NCBI GenBank assembly: GCA_021399345.1
Contig: JAAFKI010000150.1
Coordinates: 1 to 42,080, forward strand
Direction: 5' to 3'
Length of the DNA stretch: 42,080 bases
Source: Candidatus Heimdallarchaeota archaeon
Lineage (GTDB): Archaea > Asgardarchaeota > Heimdallarchaeia > Heimdallarchaeales > Heimdallarchaeaceae
Each line of letters begins with the position of its first letter. Position 1 is the first letter of the stretch. A program made the position numbers and the translations under genes. This document shows, piece by piece, positions 1 through 9,804 of the stretch. The notes beneath the pieces are model-generated. The model was given only the letters and a program-made list of their open reading frames with translations, did not search any database and was not told the DNA's origin.

Positions 1-83
1 AGGATAGCCAAGCGGACAACGGCGCTGGTCTTGAAAATCAGTTCCTTATAGGATCCGGGGTTCAAATCCCCGTCCTGGCTCCA
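1..83 (+). tRNA. tRNA-Ser(UGA), 5' end cut by the window edge
   Basis: Anticodon arm CTGGT-CTTGAAA-ATCAG; long variable arm TCCT-TAT-AGGA; T arm CGGGG-TTCAAAT-CCCCG; 3' end TCCTGGC-T-CCA. Confidence 0.93.
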
Positions 84-135
84 TTTCCTCAAAGAAGTTA
101 AATCTGAGGGATTTAACAGTAACTGGTGTAAATTA

Positions 136-2232
136 TTGTCATCTATAGAAACTCCGTATATTTTAGGTATTGCTGAAAAACCACAAGCAGCTAGAAGAAT
201 AGCTTATGCTTTAGATGAAAATAATAAACCACAAAGTAAACGTCTAAAAAATATACCAATTTACATATGTAAAAGAGATGGAAAAAGAATAGTCATTGCA
301 CCCGCCGTAGGACATTTATTTACATTATCTTCAATAGGAAAGACTTGGAATTATCCTGTTCTTGATTATGAATGGGTTCCGAGTCATCTTGTATACAAAA
401 ACGCAAGAACAAAAAATTTCACTGCTGTTTTCAAGTCTCTCGCAAAAGGCGCAAATAATGTCATAATAATGACTGATTTTGATAGAGAAGGTGAGGTAAT
501 AGGTTATCTAATTTCAAAATATCTAGTAGGTAAGAGCAATGCAGAAAGAATGAAATTCTCTACTTTGACTAGAAGAGATATTATTAATGCATTTGACCAA
601 AGAGAAAAATCCCTAGATATGGGTTTTCTGAATTCAGGTTTAATACGACATTATATTGACTGGTTATATGGAATCAATTATTCACGAGCGTTAAGTCTTG
701 CGTTCAAAAGAGTATCTGGACGTTTCAAAACAATTTCAATTGGGCGTGTTCAAGGTCCAACTTTAGGCTCTGTTGTTGAACACGAAAATAGCATTAAATT
801 CTTTGTACCTATTCCCTATTGGACCATTAAAAGTGAAGTTATACTAAACAAAGAAAACTTCACAGCAATTTATGAAGAAGCTAAATTAAAAACCCTGAAG
901 GAAGCCATACAAGTAGTGAAAGATTGTAGTGGTTTAACTGGTAAAATATCTAATGTATCAGAAGAACCAAGTTTTCTTTATCCCTTTCCTCCGTTTAATC
1001 TAGGAAACCTTCAGAGGGAGACCTATAACCATTTTAAATTTTCTCCAACAAAAACACTTGAAATTGCAGAAAAGCTCTATTTGAAAGCTCTAATATCATA
1101 TCCACGAACAGATAGTCAGAAACTTCCAATGACTCTGGGACATAAATCAATCCTGGCAAAGCTAAGTAAACAGCACAATTATGATGTTTTTGCAAATGAA
1201 ATAATTGCCGCAAAGAAGTACAAACCAAGGGAAGGAAAACAAACGGATGCAGCTCATCCAGCAATACATCCCACAGGCAAAGAGCTAAATGAAACACTTC
1301 CTCCTGATGAGAAAAAACTCTATGATTTAATTGTAAAACGTTATCTTTCACTCTTTGGTAAACGTGCTGAATTTCTGAAAAGAACCATACAAATACTTGT
1401 AAACAAACACAAATTTGAGGTAAGAGGAAGTAAAATATTGGATGAGGGGTGGATTAAATATTACAAACCTTATTACTCGATCTCTGAGTATATTCTTCCA
1501 GATATCGAAATAGGTACAGAAGTTATATTCAAATATATTGATTCAAAAGAACACCTTACCTTTCCTCCACGTCGGTTTAATGAATCAACACTTCTCCAAT
1601 ATATGGAAGGCGAAAAAATAGGTACAAAAGCGACAAGAGCTGGGATTATCCAAACCTTGTTCGACAGAGGATATATAAGCGGTAAGGAAATAATGCCTAC
1701 ACCTCTAGGAATATCTGTAGTTAACGTATTGCAAGAACAATATCCTATACTAGTTAAATCAGAAATGACACGTAATCTAGAACAAATTATGGAGGATGTT
1801 CAAAATGAAAATAAAGATATTCAAGGCACAATTTTATCTATAAAAAGAGAATTGAAGGACCTTCTAGAGCTTTTTCATCAAAAAGAAACAGAAATAGGTC
1901 TTGCTTTATACAAAAATCTTCAGCTTTCTGAAAAATCAGATATAATTGTATTAGGTGAGTGTCAGCAATGCAAGAAGGGAGAACTAAGAATTATTAGATC
2001 AAAGAAAACAAGAAAACGTTTTGTAGCTTGTTCATCATATTTTGACAAAGCCATTGTTTGTAGCGTTACTTTTCCAGTTCCAAATACGGGAACCATTAAA
2101 TCTACAAAGAAAACTTGTATCCATGATGGTCTGCCAATAATTGAGTGGCAAAAGGGGAGAAGAAAAATTTCAATGTGTATATCTCCTGATTGTCCTTCTA
2201 AGAAAGAAGTTGAGAAAAATGAAAGCAAATAA
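136..2232 (+). CDS. topA: DNA topoisomerase IA (archaeal TopA/TopoIII type) with C-terminal Zn ribbons
   Basis: TOPRIM motifs IAEKP and TDFDREGE; SIGRVQGPTL; catalytic ISYPRTDS; AHPAIHPT; GTKATR; C-terminal Cys clusters. Confidence 0.96.
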   Translation: MSSIETPYILGIAEKPQAARRIAYALDENNKPQSKRLKNIPIYICKRDGKRIVIAPAVGHLFTLSSIGKTWNYPVLDYEWVPSHLVYKNARTKNFTAVFKSLAKGANNVIIMTDFDREGEVIGYLISKYLVGKSNAERMKFSTLTRRDIINAFDQREKSLDMGFLNSGLIRHYIDWLYGINYSRALSLAFKRVSGRFKTISIGRVQGPTLGSVVEHENSIKFFVPIPYWTIKSEVILNKENFTAIYEEAKLKTLKEAIQVVKDCSGLTGKISNVSEEPSFLYPFPPFNLGNLQRETYNHFKFSPTKTLEIAEKLYLKALISYPRTDSQKLPMTLGHKSILAKLSKQHNYDVFANEIIAAKKYKPREGKQTDAAHPAIHPTGKELNETLPPDEKKLYDLIVKRYLSLFGKRAEFLKRTIQILVNKHKFEVRGSKILDEGWIKYYKPYYSISEYILPDIEIGTEVIFKYIDSKEHLTFPPRRFNESTLLQYMEGEKIGTKATRAGIIQTLFDRGYISGKEIMPTPLGISVVNVLQEQYPILVKSEMTRNLEQIMEDVQNENKDIQGTILSIKRELKDLLELFHQKETEIGLALYKNLQLSEKSDIIVLGECQQCKKGELRIIRSKKTRKRFVACSSYFDKAIVCSVTFPVPNTGTIKSTKKTCIHDGLPIIEWQKGRRKISMCISPDCPSKKEVEKNESK

Positions 2233-2458
2233 ACAATGTCCAATTTGTAAAAAAGACATAGAAAACTTACAATCACAATATTGCAAGAATCATTCCAAAG
2301 CTAAAAAAGAACTAAAAAAAGGATATGAAGCTTGGCTAAAGGCCTATGGATCCTTTTCTTGGGATGACTTTCTTCAAAAAATCTTAGATCTAGAAGGTTT
2401 GGCTGGTGATTTTATTAGAGAAATAGCTCAACATGAATTCTATTTTTCCAATGAATAA
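2219..2458 (+). CDS. Small Zn-finger-like hypothetical protein (79 aa) overlapping the end of topA
   Basis: ATG at 2219 gives MKANKQCPICKK...YCKNH (CxxC...CxxH); more plausible start than the track's 2141. Confidence 0.7.
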   Translation: MKANKQCPICKKDIENLQSQYCKNHSKAKKELKKGYEAWLKAYGSFSWDDFLQKILDLEGLAGDFIREIAQHEFYFSNE

Positions 2459-2515
2459 TTGGAAATTATAGTTTATCTTTTTAATACACATGAATTATTT
2501 ACATGTGGTTTGTTT

Positions 2516-2755
2516 TCAAGAGAAGAGCGCTGTATGAATTTGTTCCTTTTCTGGTAATCCCTCGATTTTAGTTTTTCCTACAAATATTGTAGGAAGTGAG
2601 GATACATTAAATCTATTTTCTGTCTTTATTTCTACGCTCTTGTAATTGAATAATCCTCCATACTCTTTTAGAACATTCTTTAATATGTTCTCTGCGATAT
2701 TACAGTATGGACAATCTTCAGTAGTGTAGAGTACTATCTCTTTCATCTCATACAT
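2516..2755 (-). CDS. Glutaredoxin/thioredoxin-like protein
   Basis: CPYC active site, cis-Pro motif SLPTIFV, downstream G-x-P. Confidence 0.88.
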   Translation of the reverse strand: MYEMKEIVLYTTEDCPYCNIAENILKNVLKEYGGLFNYKSVEIKTENRFNVSSLPTIFVGKTKIEGLPEKEQIHTALFS

Positions 2756-2860
2756 TTTCTTTGTCTCTATATTAAAAAAACAACAAAAATTTTGGGACTA
2801 GCTCAGATGTTATGCGAATATTACAACAATATTCTGTTGCTAAATTAAGTGAAAAAGCAG

Positions 2861-3154
2861 TTATATTGAATCACAACTACAAGGGTTATTTTTACATTTA
2901 GGGCAAGAGTTGGAGTATTTATGTATAAAACCCTCCTCAACGTTTATTCTTGCGATGTTAGCTACACTCAAAGTCCATGCTATAATATCAACAATTTCTT
3001 CAGTTATTTTTTCCTTATCTTGTAGTAGTATAGCTTCCGCAAGCTCACCTACTTCTTCTACAAGTTTCAAAACAGTTTTCTCCAAACCTCGTTTGAGATC
3101 TTTATCCAAATATAAATTTTTCATTAATTCTTGATAATAAAGAATGATGTTCAC
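2861..3154 (-). CDS. MazG-like nucleotide pyrophosphohydrolase
   Basis: LVEEVGELAEA and EEIVDII motifs; C-terminal CPKC..PCSC; likely GTG start at 3154 after AGGAGT. Confidence 0.88.
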   Translation of the reverse strand: MNIILYYQELMKNLYLDKDLKRGLEKTVLKLVEEVGELAEAILLQDKEKITEEIVDIIAWTLSVANIARINVEEGFIHKYSNSCPKCKNNPCSCDSI

Positions 3155-3179
3155 ACTCCTTTCTGACAAAACAAGGTAA

Positions 3180-3362
3180 TCAATAGACGATATTACCAAC
3201 AAGTACAGCGACAATCAAGATAAGGCAGAAAGCAACAACGTACCAAGGACCAATTTTTACACCTGGTAAATCTTCATCGTAATACCTCATTAAACCTGCT
3301 CCTGTTGCAGGCATTGGACTTGTATCTCTCTTTTTCTTCTGTCCTCGAGAACTTCTGCTCAT
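3180..3362 (-). CDS. secG: Preprotein translocase subunit Sec61beta
   Basis: Basic N-terminus, AGLMRYYDED, KIGP followed by a single C-terminal TM helix. Confidence 0.92.
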   Translation of the reverse strand: MSRSSRGQKKKRDTSPMPATGAGLMRYYDEDLPGVKIGPWYVVAFCLILIVAVLVGNIVY

Positions 3363-3532
3363 AATAATCAATTGCATTTTAAAATGGAGATATATATTAT
3401 TTTTTATCGGATACTTCTCCTCTAAATCATTAACGATGTAAAAGAATTTAAATCAACGTTACTAATTGACAAAGGAAACCAACCAACAAAAAATTTAAGA
3501 TATCATTAATTTCAAAGAAAGATAATACTGCT

Positions 3533-3609
3533 GACCCCGTAGCTCAGCTGGATAGAGCACCAGCCTTCTAAGTTGGGGGTCGCGCGTTCGAATCGCGTCG
3601 GGGTCGCCA
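3533..3609 (+). tRNA. tRNA-Arg(UCU)
   Basis: GACCCCG/CGGGGTC acceptor stem; anticodon arm CCAGC-CTTCTAA-GTTGG; TTCGAAT loop; CCA. Confidence 0.97.
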
Positions 3610-3662
3610 TCTATTTTCTCTACAAAACATTTATGTTTTCATGAAATCTAAAGTGTTTGTTC

Positions 3663-5240
3663 ATGACTCCATCTAGAAAAATCAGAGAATTATATGCCGA
3701 AGGTTACCAACTGACTCCAGAGGCTTATGATTATCTAAATAGTTTGCAGGAAGTAGAGAATGTAATTGATAAGATTCTTGATTCAAACCTAAGCAAAGCT
3801 ATTCTCTCTATTGCGGACATTGATGAATTTCTCAATGAAGACACAATTAAAAAGGAGGAAATTTTGGAACAGTCTCTCCCGAAAAAGGAAGAAACTAAGA
3901 AACAAGAACAAGAAATACAACCAGTTCAAGAAAAGAAAAAAACAAAAGAAGAAGAAGCGAAATCAGAAATTAAGGTAGAAACAAAATCAAGAAGAGAAAA
4001 AATATCTTCAGATTTGGAAATCATTTTTTCTCCAGAAATACAAAAATCTGTTGCAACAGCTGCAAATTTTCGAAACTACTTTAAGAGCCGATTTCAATCA
4101 ATTAATACATTATTTTCAAAACGAAGAGATATAACTAATAGAGTTACCACAAACGACTTAATTCCCAACCGCAATCGAGATAAGATTTCACTAGTAGCGA
4201 TGGTAACGAAAGTACATAAAACGAGAGGAGGAACTGTTATTCTTGATTTGGAAGATCCATCAGGTATTATAACAGGAATCATTTATAAATCAAAACAAGA
4301 CTTGATTGCTAAATCAGAATTCATACTCGAAGATTCTGTACTTTGTTTTACTGGTAATTGGTGGAAGGATAGATTAAGTATAGATGATGTCCTTTGGCCA
4401 GATATTCCCTTTCACAAATCAAATTTTGCTTATGATGACGTGTATGCTTTATTCATTTCTGATATCCATGTGGGATCAAAAAATTTCGCTGAAAAACTAT
4501 TTATGCGTGCAATTAAATTTGTTAATGGGGATCTTGAAAGTGAAAAACTTAACGAGATTGGTAAGAAAATTAAGTATCTTTTAGTTGGTGGTGATATTGT
4601 TGATGGAGTTGGTGTTTATCCGGGACAAATAGAAGATTTAGCACAAGATAATATTCGTTTACAATATCAGACTGCTGCATATTACTTCGAACAGGTACGT
4701 GATGATGTTGAAATAATCATCATACCTGGAAATCATGATGGTGCACGAGCTGCTGAACCACAAACTCCAATTCAAAGAGAATTCGCTCCTGATTTTTATG
4801 GAATTGATAATATTCATCTTTTAGGAAGCCCTTGTTATCTAAAAGCACACAATGTGGAAATTATGATGCACCATGGAAATTCTATATTAGATATAAATGC
4901 AGCAATTCCTGCAATATCACATGAAACTTCAATACCAGCAATGGTTAGAATGTTGGAAAATCGTCATTTAGTTCCTATTTATGGGAAAAGAACACCAATT
5001 GCTCCAGAATCAGAGGATCGGTTAGTTATCTCAAGAGTACCAGATATCTTTCAAACGGGTCACACCCACATTGCGGGAGATGATACATACAAAGGTGTCA
5101 CTCTTATAAATTCGGGGACTTTTCAGTATCAAACTAGTTATCAAAAAAGTATGAATATTAATCCAACAGCTGGTTTAACATATTTTATTAACTTAGAATT
5201 ATTACAAAGAACCCAAATAAATTTTCAAGAAATGAAATAA
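3663..5240 (+). CDS. polB: DNA polymerase D small subunit DP1 (proofreading exonuclease)
   Basis: N-terminal GYQLTPEA domain, charged linker, OB fold (LEDPSG), phosphoesterase motifs SDIH, GDIVDG, PGNHD, HG, GHTH. Confidence 0.95.
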   Translation: MTPSRKIRELYAEGYQLTPEAYDYLNSLQEVENVIDKILDSNLSKAILSIADIDEFLNEDTIKKEEILEQSLPKKEETKKQEQEIQPVQEKKKTKEEEAKSEIKVETKSRREKISSDLEIIFSPEIQKSVATAANFRNYFKSRFQSINTLFSKRRDITNRVTTNDLIPNRNRDKISLVAMVTKVHKTRGGTVILDLEDPSGIITGIIYKSKQDLIAKSEFILEDSVLCFTGNWWKDRLSIDDVLWPDIPFHKSNFAYDDVYALFISDIHVGSKNFAEKLFMRAIKFVNGDLESEKLNEIGKKIKYLLVGGDIVDGVGVYPGQIEDLAQDNIRLQYQTAAYYFEQVRDDVEIIIIPGNHDGARAAEPQTPIQREFAPDFYGIDNIHLLGSPCYLKAHNVEIMMHHGNSILDINAAIPAISHETSIPAMVRMLENRHLVPIYGKRTPIAPESEDRLVISRVPDIFQTGHTHIAGDDTYKGVTLINSGTFQYQTSYQKSMNINPTAGLTYFINLELLQRTQINFQEMK

Positions 5241-5260
5241 ATGTAAAAGATATCGTTTCC

Positions 5261-5674
5261 TTATTCCATGTGAAGTTCATCTTCATCAATCTGAACATAT
5301 GATAATATATCCGCTATTGTAGGTGCATGATTTGATAATACTGCAATTGCATTCTTGAATTCTTCAATATCACTAGTTCCCCCAACTAGATGAAAATCTC
5401 CTATAGATTTGAGAATTAGAAAACCGTTCTTTCCACGAACCATCACATCATTGATTGGGGCATAAGATAGTCTTTCAAGTGCTAATCTTGCAGCTGCCAC
5501 AAGTGCTGCTCCAATTGCTGAAAGTTCTGTTGAATTTGCAGTTTTATCTCCAGCGTAAAAAGCCACCCTATCTCCTGTTGCTGTCAAAATAGCAAGAGCT
5601 TCCAATTTTGCTTCTTGTGTAATATCTTTTAACTCTTTAGCCAGTGCATATGCGATTTTTCTTTCAAGTCTCAT
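5261..5674 (-). CDS. Roadblock/LC7 (LAMTOR-like) domain protein
   Basis: AILTATG..., LSAIGAAL helix, VMVRGKNGFLIL strands; 137 aa. Confidence 0.82.
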   Translation of the reverse strand: MRLERKIAYALAKELKDITQEAKLEALAILTATGDRVAFYAGDKTANSTELSAIGAALVAAARLALERLSYAPINDVMVRGKNGFLILKSIGDFHLVGGTSDIEEFKNAIAVLSNHAPTIADILSYVQIDEDELHME

Positions 5675-5935
5675 TAATATCTAAATCACTTTAACCATAA
5701 ATTAAGTTAATTAATGTTACTATGCTATTAATTGGATTAAGAAAATTAAAGATAGGGAAAGCTGCTAATTCCTCTACTTTAAGCGTTTTTTCTATTTTTT
5801 TTCACACTATCAAAATTTTTGTCGAGAAATTAAAGTGGAAAAGACTTTCCATAAGTAATATTTTTAAACGCTTTTCTTTATTCAACTTCAATAAGAGATT
5901 ACCAAGCTTATGTAACAAGTTATAGGTGAGATTCA

Positions 5936-8206
5936 ATGTCAAGCGATACAGGTATAACCGGAATGCTAGGACGCTTTTGGAAAAAAATCGTTAATCATTT
6001 CGAAGATTATGAAATAAATAGGGAAGCTCTTCTTAATAGAATAAGTCTATTGATTATTCTCGCAGCAGGTATTATGATTCGATTGTTTTCTTTGATGAAA
6101 GGATATGATCCACTAATCAAGGCATTTGATCCTTATGTTCAGTTAGTAAGTGCTGAATATATTAATAGTAATAGTTTTATAGATTTCATACACTGGTTCA
6201 AAAATAATTCTTGGTATCCTTACGGTTTCCATACAGGAAGAGAACTATATTGGGGAGTTCCTGTAAGTGCAGTTATAATTAAATGGTTATTAGGCATATT
6301 CTCCATCGAAGTAACAATTACACAAGTAGCATACTTTAGTCCAGTATTTTATGGGTTCTTTACAATTCTTGCCTCTTATTTTCTAGGAAAAGAAGCAGTT
6401 AGTACTAGAACTGGATTATTCACGGCTTTCTTCATGGCTTTTGCCCCTGCTTTTGTATCAAGAAGCACGGCAGGGTTCTTTGACAATGAATCAGTAGGGA
6501 TTCTATTTACAGTTTTAACCCTGTATTTCTTTATACGAGCAATAAAACGTGGTGGTACTATTTCATCATTTTTAGCAGGTATAAGTTTAGCTTTATTGAT
6601 TGGAAGTTGGGGAGCTTATAGATATATCTTAGATTTATTACCTTTAGCAACTTTCTTCCTAGTTTTAACAAGGAAACTTACATTCAAACTGATTAAAGCT
6701 TATACTATTACAATTGTCACGGCACTAATGATAGGATTCTTGGTGCCTAGAGTACTGGTTAACAAGTTCTACAATATTGAAGTTATGATTCCTCTTTTGA
6801 TGATTGGCCTTCTAGTTCTGGTAGGAATAGTACAGAACCTTTCCCGAAGTCTAAGTGAAAAAACGTTTAAACAAGCTATAATTATAGGTTCAATAACGGT
6901 ACTATTTTTGTTAGCTATTCTAATCACAGTATTTCTGTCCTTAGGAATGTTCACAAACATTGCTGCTAAATTCTGGGCAGTTATTCTACCAGGAAATCGG
7001 TCAGGAATTCCGATTATTTCGTCAGTAAGCGAACATCAACCCATGACTTGGGCTGAGCTCTTCAATAGTATTCATATTATGATGTTCTTAATTCCCTTAG
7101 GATTATATTACTGTATTAAAAAACCAACAGATGTAAATATAATCCTCCTTACTCTTGGAGTAACTACAATTTATTTCTCAGGATCAATGGTAAGGTTGGT
7201 ATTATTGTTATCTCCAGCTGCTTCATTATTAAGCGCACTTGCTATAGATAAATTACTTTATACTTATTCTTTAAGTGCTCATGGTAAAATTGCTCTGACT
7301 AAAAGAAAATTAAGAATCACGAAATCAATAGGCAGAGATGAAGCCATAGTAGCTTATTTAGTAATATTCGGTTTACTTATTACATTTACTTTCCAAAGCG
7401 TAAAATTAGCGGAACAATATGCTCAATCCGAGATGGCTCCAGTTCTTTATAGAGATTTAGGTTTTCCATCTTCAGACTGGCAAGAAGCTTTATTGTGGTT
7501 GAGAAACAATGCTCAAGGACAAGGTATAGTTGCAAATAGTGCCCCTGTTGTTATGAGTTGGTGGGATTATGGTTATTGGATTACGAATTACGGTAATGCA
7601 ACGTCTCTTGTAGATAATGCAACTACGAATAAAACACAAATCGGTATGGTGGGAACCATGCTAATGTGGAACTTTACTGAGTCAGTTAAGTTGATGTATA
7701 AATACAATGTAAAATATGTCTTAATTAATAGTCAAGGTGGAATTCCAGGTCTTGGTTCAGACTTAGGAAAGGCACTATGGTGTATAAAAATTGCTGAATC
7801 TACAGTGCCAAGATATGGAATGACTGAAGAAGCTTTCTATGGTTTAAATGAAGCAGAAACACAATACAAATACCAAACACCATTCTACTCTTCAGTTCTT
7901 TATAGACTATCAGCTTATGATCAAGCCACTGGTTTTGCTTGGCCATCTGAATCTGGATCCCCTACAAGTAATAATCCTGGATTGTTAATTGATGCTGCAC
8001 AAAATCCTGTTTATGACCTTAAAGGTCCTGATGGTATAACATACTTCAGTGAAGTGTTCAGAAGCTATGGACTAGCTACAGGTATAGCAAATTCCAGAAT
8101 GTATCCACTAGTTAGGATTTATGAAGTAATTTATCCAGAAGATATTGCTCAGCTTTCTGCTGAAGTAAACGATAATTATCCTATACCTGAAAAAACTGAA
8201 GATTAA
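5936..8206 (+). CDS. aglB: Oligosaccharyltransferase STT3/AglB
   Basis: Multi-TM N-terminal region; FDP, WYPYG, FDNE, SVSEHQP, WWDYG, DNAT and DLGK motifs. Confidence 0.96.
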   Translation: MSSDTGITGMLGRFWKKIVNHFEDYEINREALLNRISLLIILAAGIMIRLFSLMKGYDPLIKAFDPYVQLVSAEYINSNSFIDFIHWFKNNSWYPYGFHTGRELYWGVPVSAVIIKWLLGIFSIEVTITQVAYFSPVFYGFFTILASYFLGKEAVSTRTGLFTAFFMAFAPAFVSRSTAGFFDNESVGILFTVLTLYFFIRAIKRGGTISSFLAGISLALLIGSWGAYRYILDLLPLATFFLVLTRKLTFKLIKAYTITIVTALMIGFLVPRVLVNKFYNIEVMIPLLMIGLLVLVGIVQNLSRSLSEKTFKQAIIIGSITVLFLLAILITVFLSLGMFTNIAAKFWAVILPGNRSGIPIISSVSEHQPMTWAELFNSIHIMMFLIPLGLYYCIKKPTDVNIILLTLGVTTIYFSGSMVRLVLLLSPAASLLSALAIDKLLYTYSLSAHGKIALTKRKLRITKSIGRDEAIVAYLVIFGLLITFTFQSVKLAEQYAQSEMAPVLYRDLGFPSSDWQEALLWLRNNAQGQGIVANSAPVVMSWWDYGYWITNYGNATSLVDNATTNKTQIGMVGTMLMWNFTESVKLMYKYNVKYVLINSQGGIPGLGSDLGKALWCIKIAESTVPRYGMTEEAFYGLNEAETQYKYQTPFYSSVLYRLSAYDQATGFAWPSESGSPTSNNPGLLIDAAQNPVYDLKGPDGITYFSEVFRSYGLATGIANSRMYPLVRIYEVIYPEDIAQLSAEVNDNYPIPEKTED

Positions 8207-8223
8207 TTAATAATCTTCAACTA

Positions 8224-8249
8224 TTTTTCCTTTTTTCATTTTTTCTTTT
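8224..8249 (+). terminator. Oligo-T archaeal terminator after aglB
   Basis: Several T5-T6 runs just after the stop codon. Confidence 0.5.
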
Positions 8250-8445
8250 AAATCAATTTTATTCAGCTAAATATTTTGTATTTGAAGAGGGTAGTATTAC
8301 AAATGGTAATACTCAAACTACTGAATAGGAGAATTAGACAAAAACAACGCAACCAAAATGCTTTTAAAAATTCAACGGGGGGATAATACTAATAGTACAT
8401 CAGATAAATAATGTTAGTACTGCTAATCAAAAAGGTGTATATGAA

Positions 8446-9729
8446 ATGAGCTCAAAAGAGAAACCTCATTTGAATTTGGTAATCATTGGTCACGTTGATC
8501 ATGGTAAATCTACTATGACTGGACATTTACTCTATGTGTGCGGAAGCATTTCAGAAAGAGATATCCAAAAATTTGAAAAAGAAGCTGAATTAATAGGACG
8601 AGGCAGCTTTAAATTTGCCTGGGCTTTGGATAAATTAAAAGAAGAGAGAGAAAGAGGGGTAACCATCGATCTTGCATTTTATAAATTCCAAACAAAGAAA
8701 TATTATTTTACAATTATCGATGCACCCGGACATCGTGATTTTGTCAAAAACATGATAACCGGTACTTCTCAAGCTGATGCCGCAATTCTCGTAATCAGTG
8801 CTGGTACAGGTGAATTCGAGGCTGGAATTAGTACAACAGGGCAAACTAGAGAACATGCTTTACTAGCAAAAACACTAGGTGTTGATCAACTAATAGTAGC
8901 TGTCAATAAAATGGATCTTGCTAACTACAAACAAGAACGTTTTGATGAAGTTAAGGATGAAATGACTAGAAACCTCAAACTATTTGGTTTTGACATGAAG
9001 AAGGTATCCTTCATTCCAACAAGTGGTATGAAAGGAGATAATCTTAATGAAAAACCAGAATCTATGCCATGGTATACAGGTCCTACAGTTCTTGATGCTT
9101 TAGACACTTTTGAAGTGCCACCTAAACCTGTTGATAAACCCCTAAGACTACCTCTTCAAGATGTTTATACAATTACAGGAATTGGTACAGTACCAGTTGG
9201 TCGTGTTGAAACTGGTATTCTTAAACCAAAGGACAACATAATTTTCCAACCTACAGGTAAAAAAGCAAGTGTAATGTCTATCGAGATGCATCACGAAACA
9301 ATTCCTGAAGCTATACCTGGAGATAACATTGGTTTTAGTTGTAAAGGTTTAGAAAAGAAAGATGTTCGTCGTGGAGATGTTGTTGGCCATGCAGACAAAC
9401 CTCCAACCATTGTAAAAGACTTCACAGCAACAGTGCAAGTAATCAGACATCCTTCTGCAATAGCTGTAGGATATTCACCAGTTATTCACTGTGGAACTGC
9501 ACAGACTGCTACTCGTTTTGCTGAGCTTAAGACAAAGGTTACAAAAGGTGTCAAAACAGATAAACCAGACTTCTTGAAGAATGGAGATACAGCTGAAGTA
9601 GTAATGATTCCAACTCGTGATATGGTTGCGGAAAAATATGAAGAATTCCCACAATTAGGGCGTTTTGCAATCAGAGACATGGGTCAAACCGTAGCTGTTG
9701 GTATTATAAAAGACGTAACACCAAAATAA
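8446..9729 (+). CDS. tuf: Translation elongation factor aEF-1alpha
   Basis: [49 protein letters not shown]; AAGGTG RBS-like sequence upstream. Confidence 0.98.
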   Translation: MSSKEKPHLNLVIIGHVDHGKSTMTGHLLYVCGSISERDIQKFEKEAELIGRGSFKFAWALDKLKEERERGVTIDLAFYKFQTKKYYFTIIDAPGHRDFVKNMITGTSQADAAILVISAGTGEFEAGISTTGQTREHALLAKTLGVDQLIVAVNKMDLANYKQERFDEVKDEMTRNLKLFGFDMKKVSFIPTSGMKGDNLNEKPESMPWYTGPTVLDALDTFEVPPKPVDKPLRLPLQDVYTITGIGTVPVGRVETGILKPKDNIIFQPTGKKASVMSIEMHHETIPEAIPGDNIGFSCKGLEKKDVRRGDVVGHADKPPTIVKDFTATVQVIRHPSAIAVGYSPVIHCGTAQTATRFAELKTKVTKGVKTDKPDFLKNGDTAEVVMIPTRDMVAEKYEEFPQLGRFAIRDMGQTVAVGIIKDVTPK

Positions 9730-9760
9730 TTCTTTTTTATTTTCTTTTTTCTTTATTTTT
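9730..9760 (+). terminator. Oligo-T terminator after the aEF-1alpha gene
   Basis: ttcttttttatttttcttttttctttatttttt immediately after TAA. Confidence 0.55.
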
Positions 9761-9804
9761 ATGGTTAAGTATAATGAAAATAGAATAAAAACGGAAACAA
9801 TTCG

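Noticed and set aside
1-83. Selenocysteine or suppressor tRNA, given TGA in the loop and a long variable arm
   Set aside because: The anticodon reads UGA (decodes UCA, Ser); tRNA-Sec needs anticodon UCA and an extended acceptor/T arrangement.
5722-5925. 67-aa ORF upstream of aglB
   Set aside because: It lies in a divergent AT-rich promoter region and has no recognisable motif; probably spurious.
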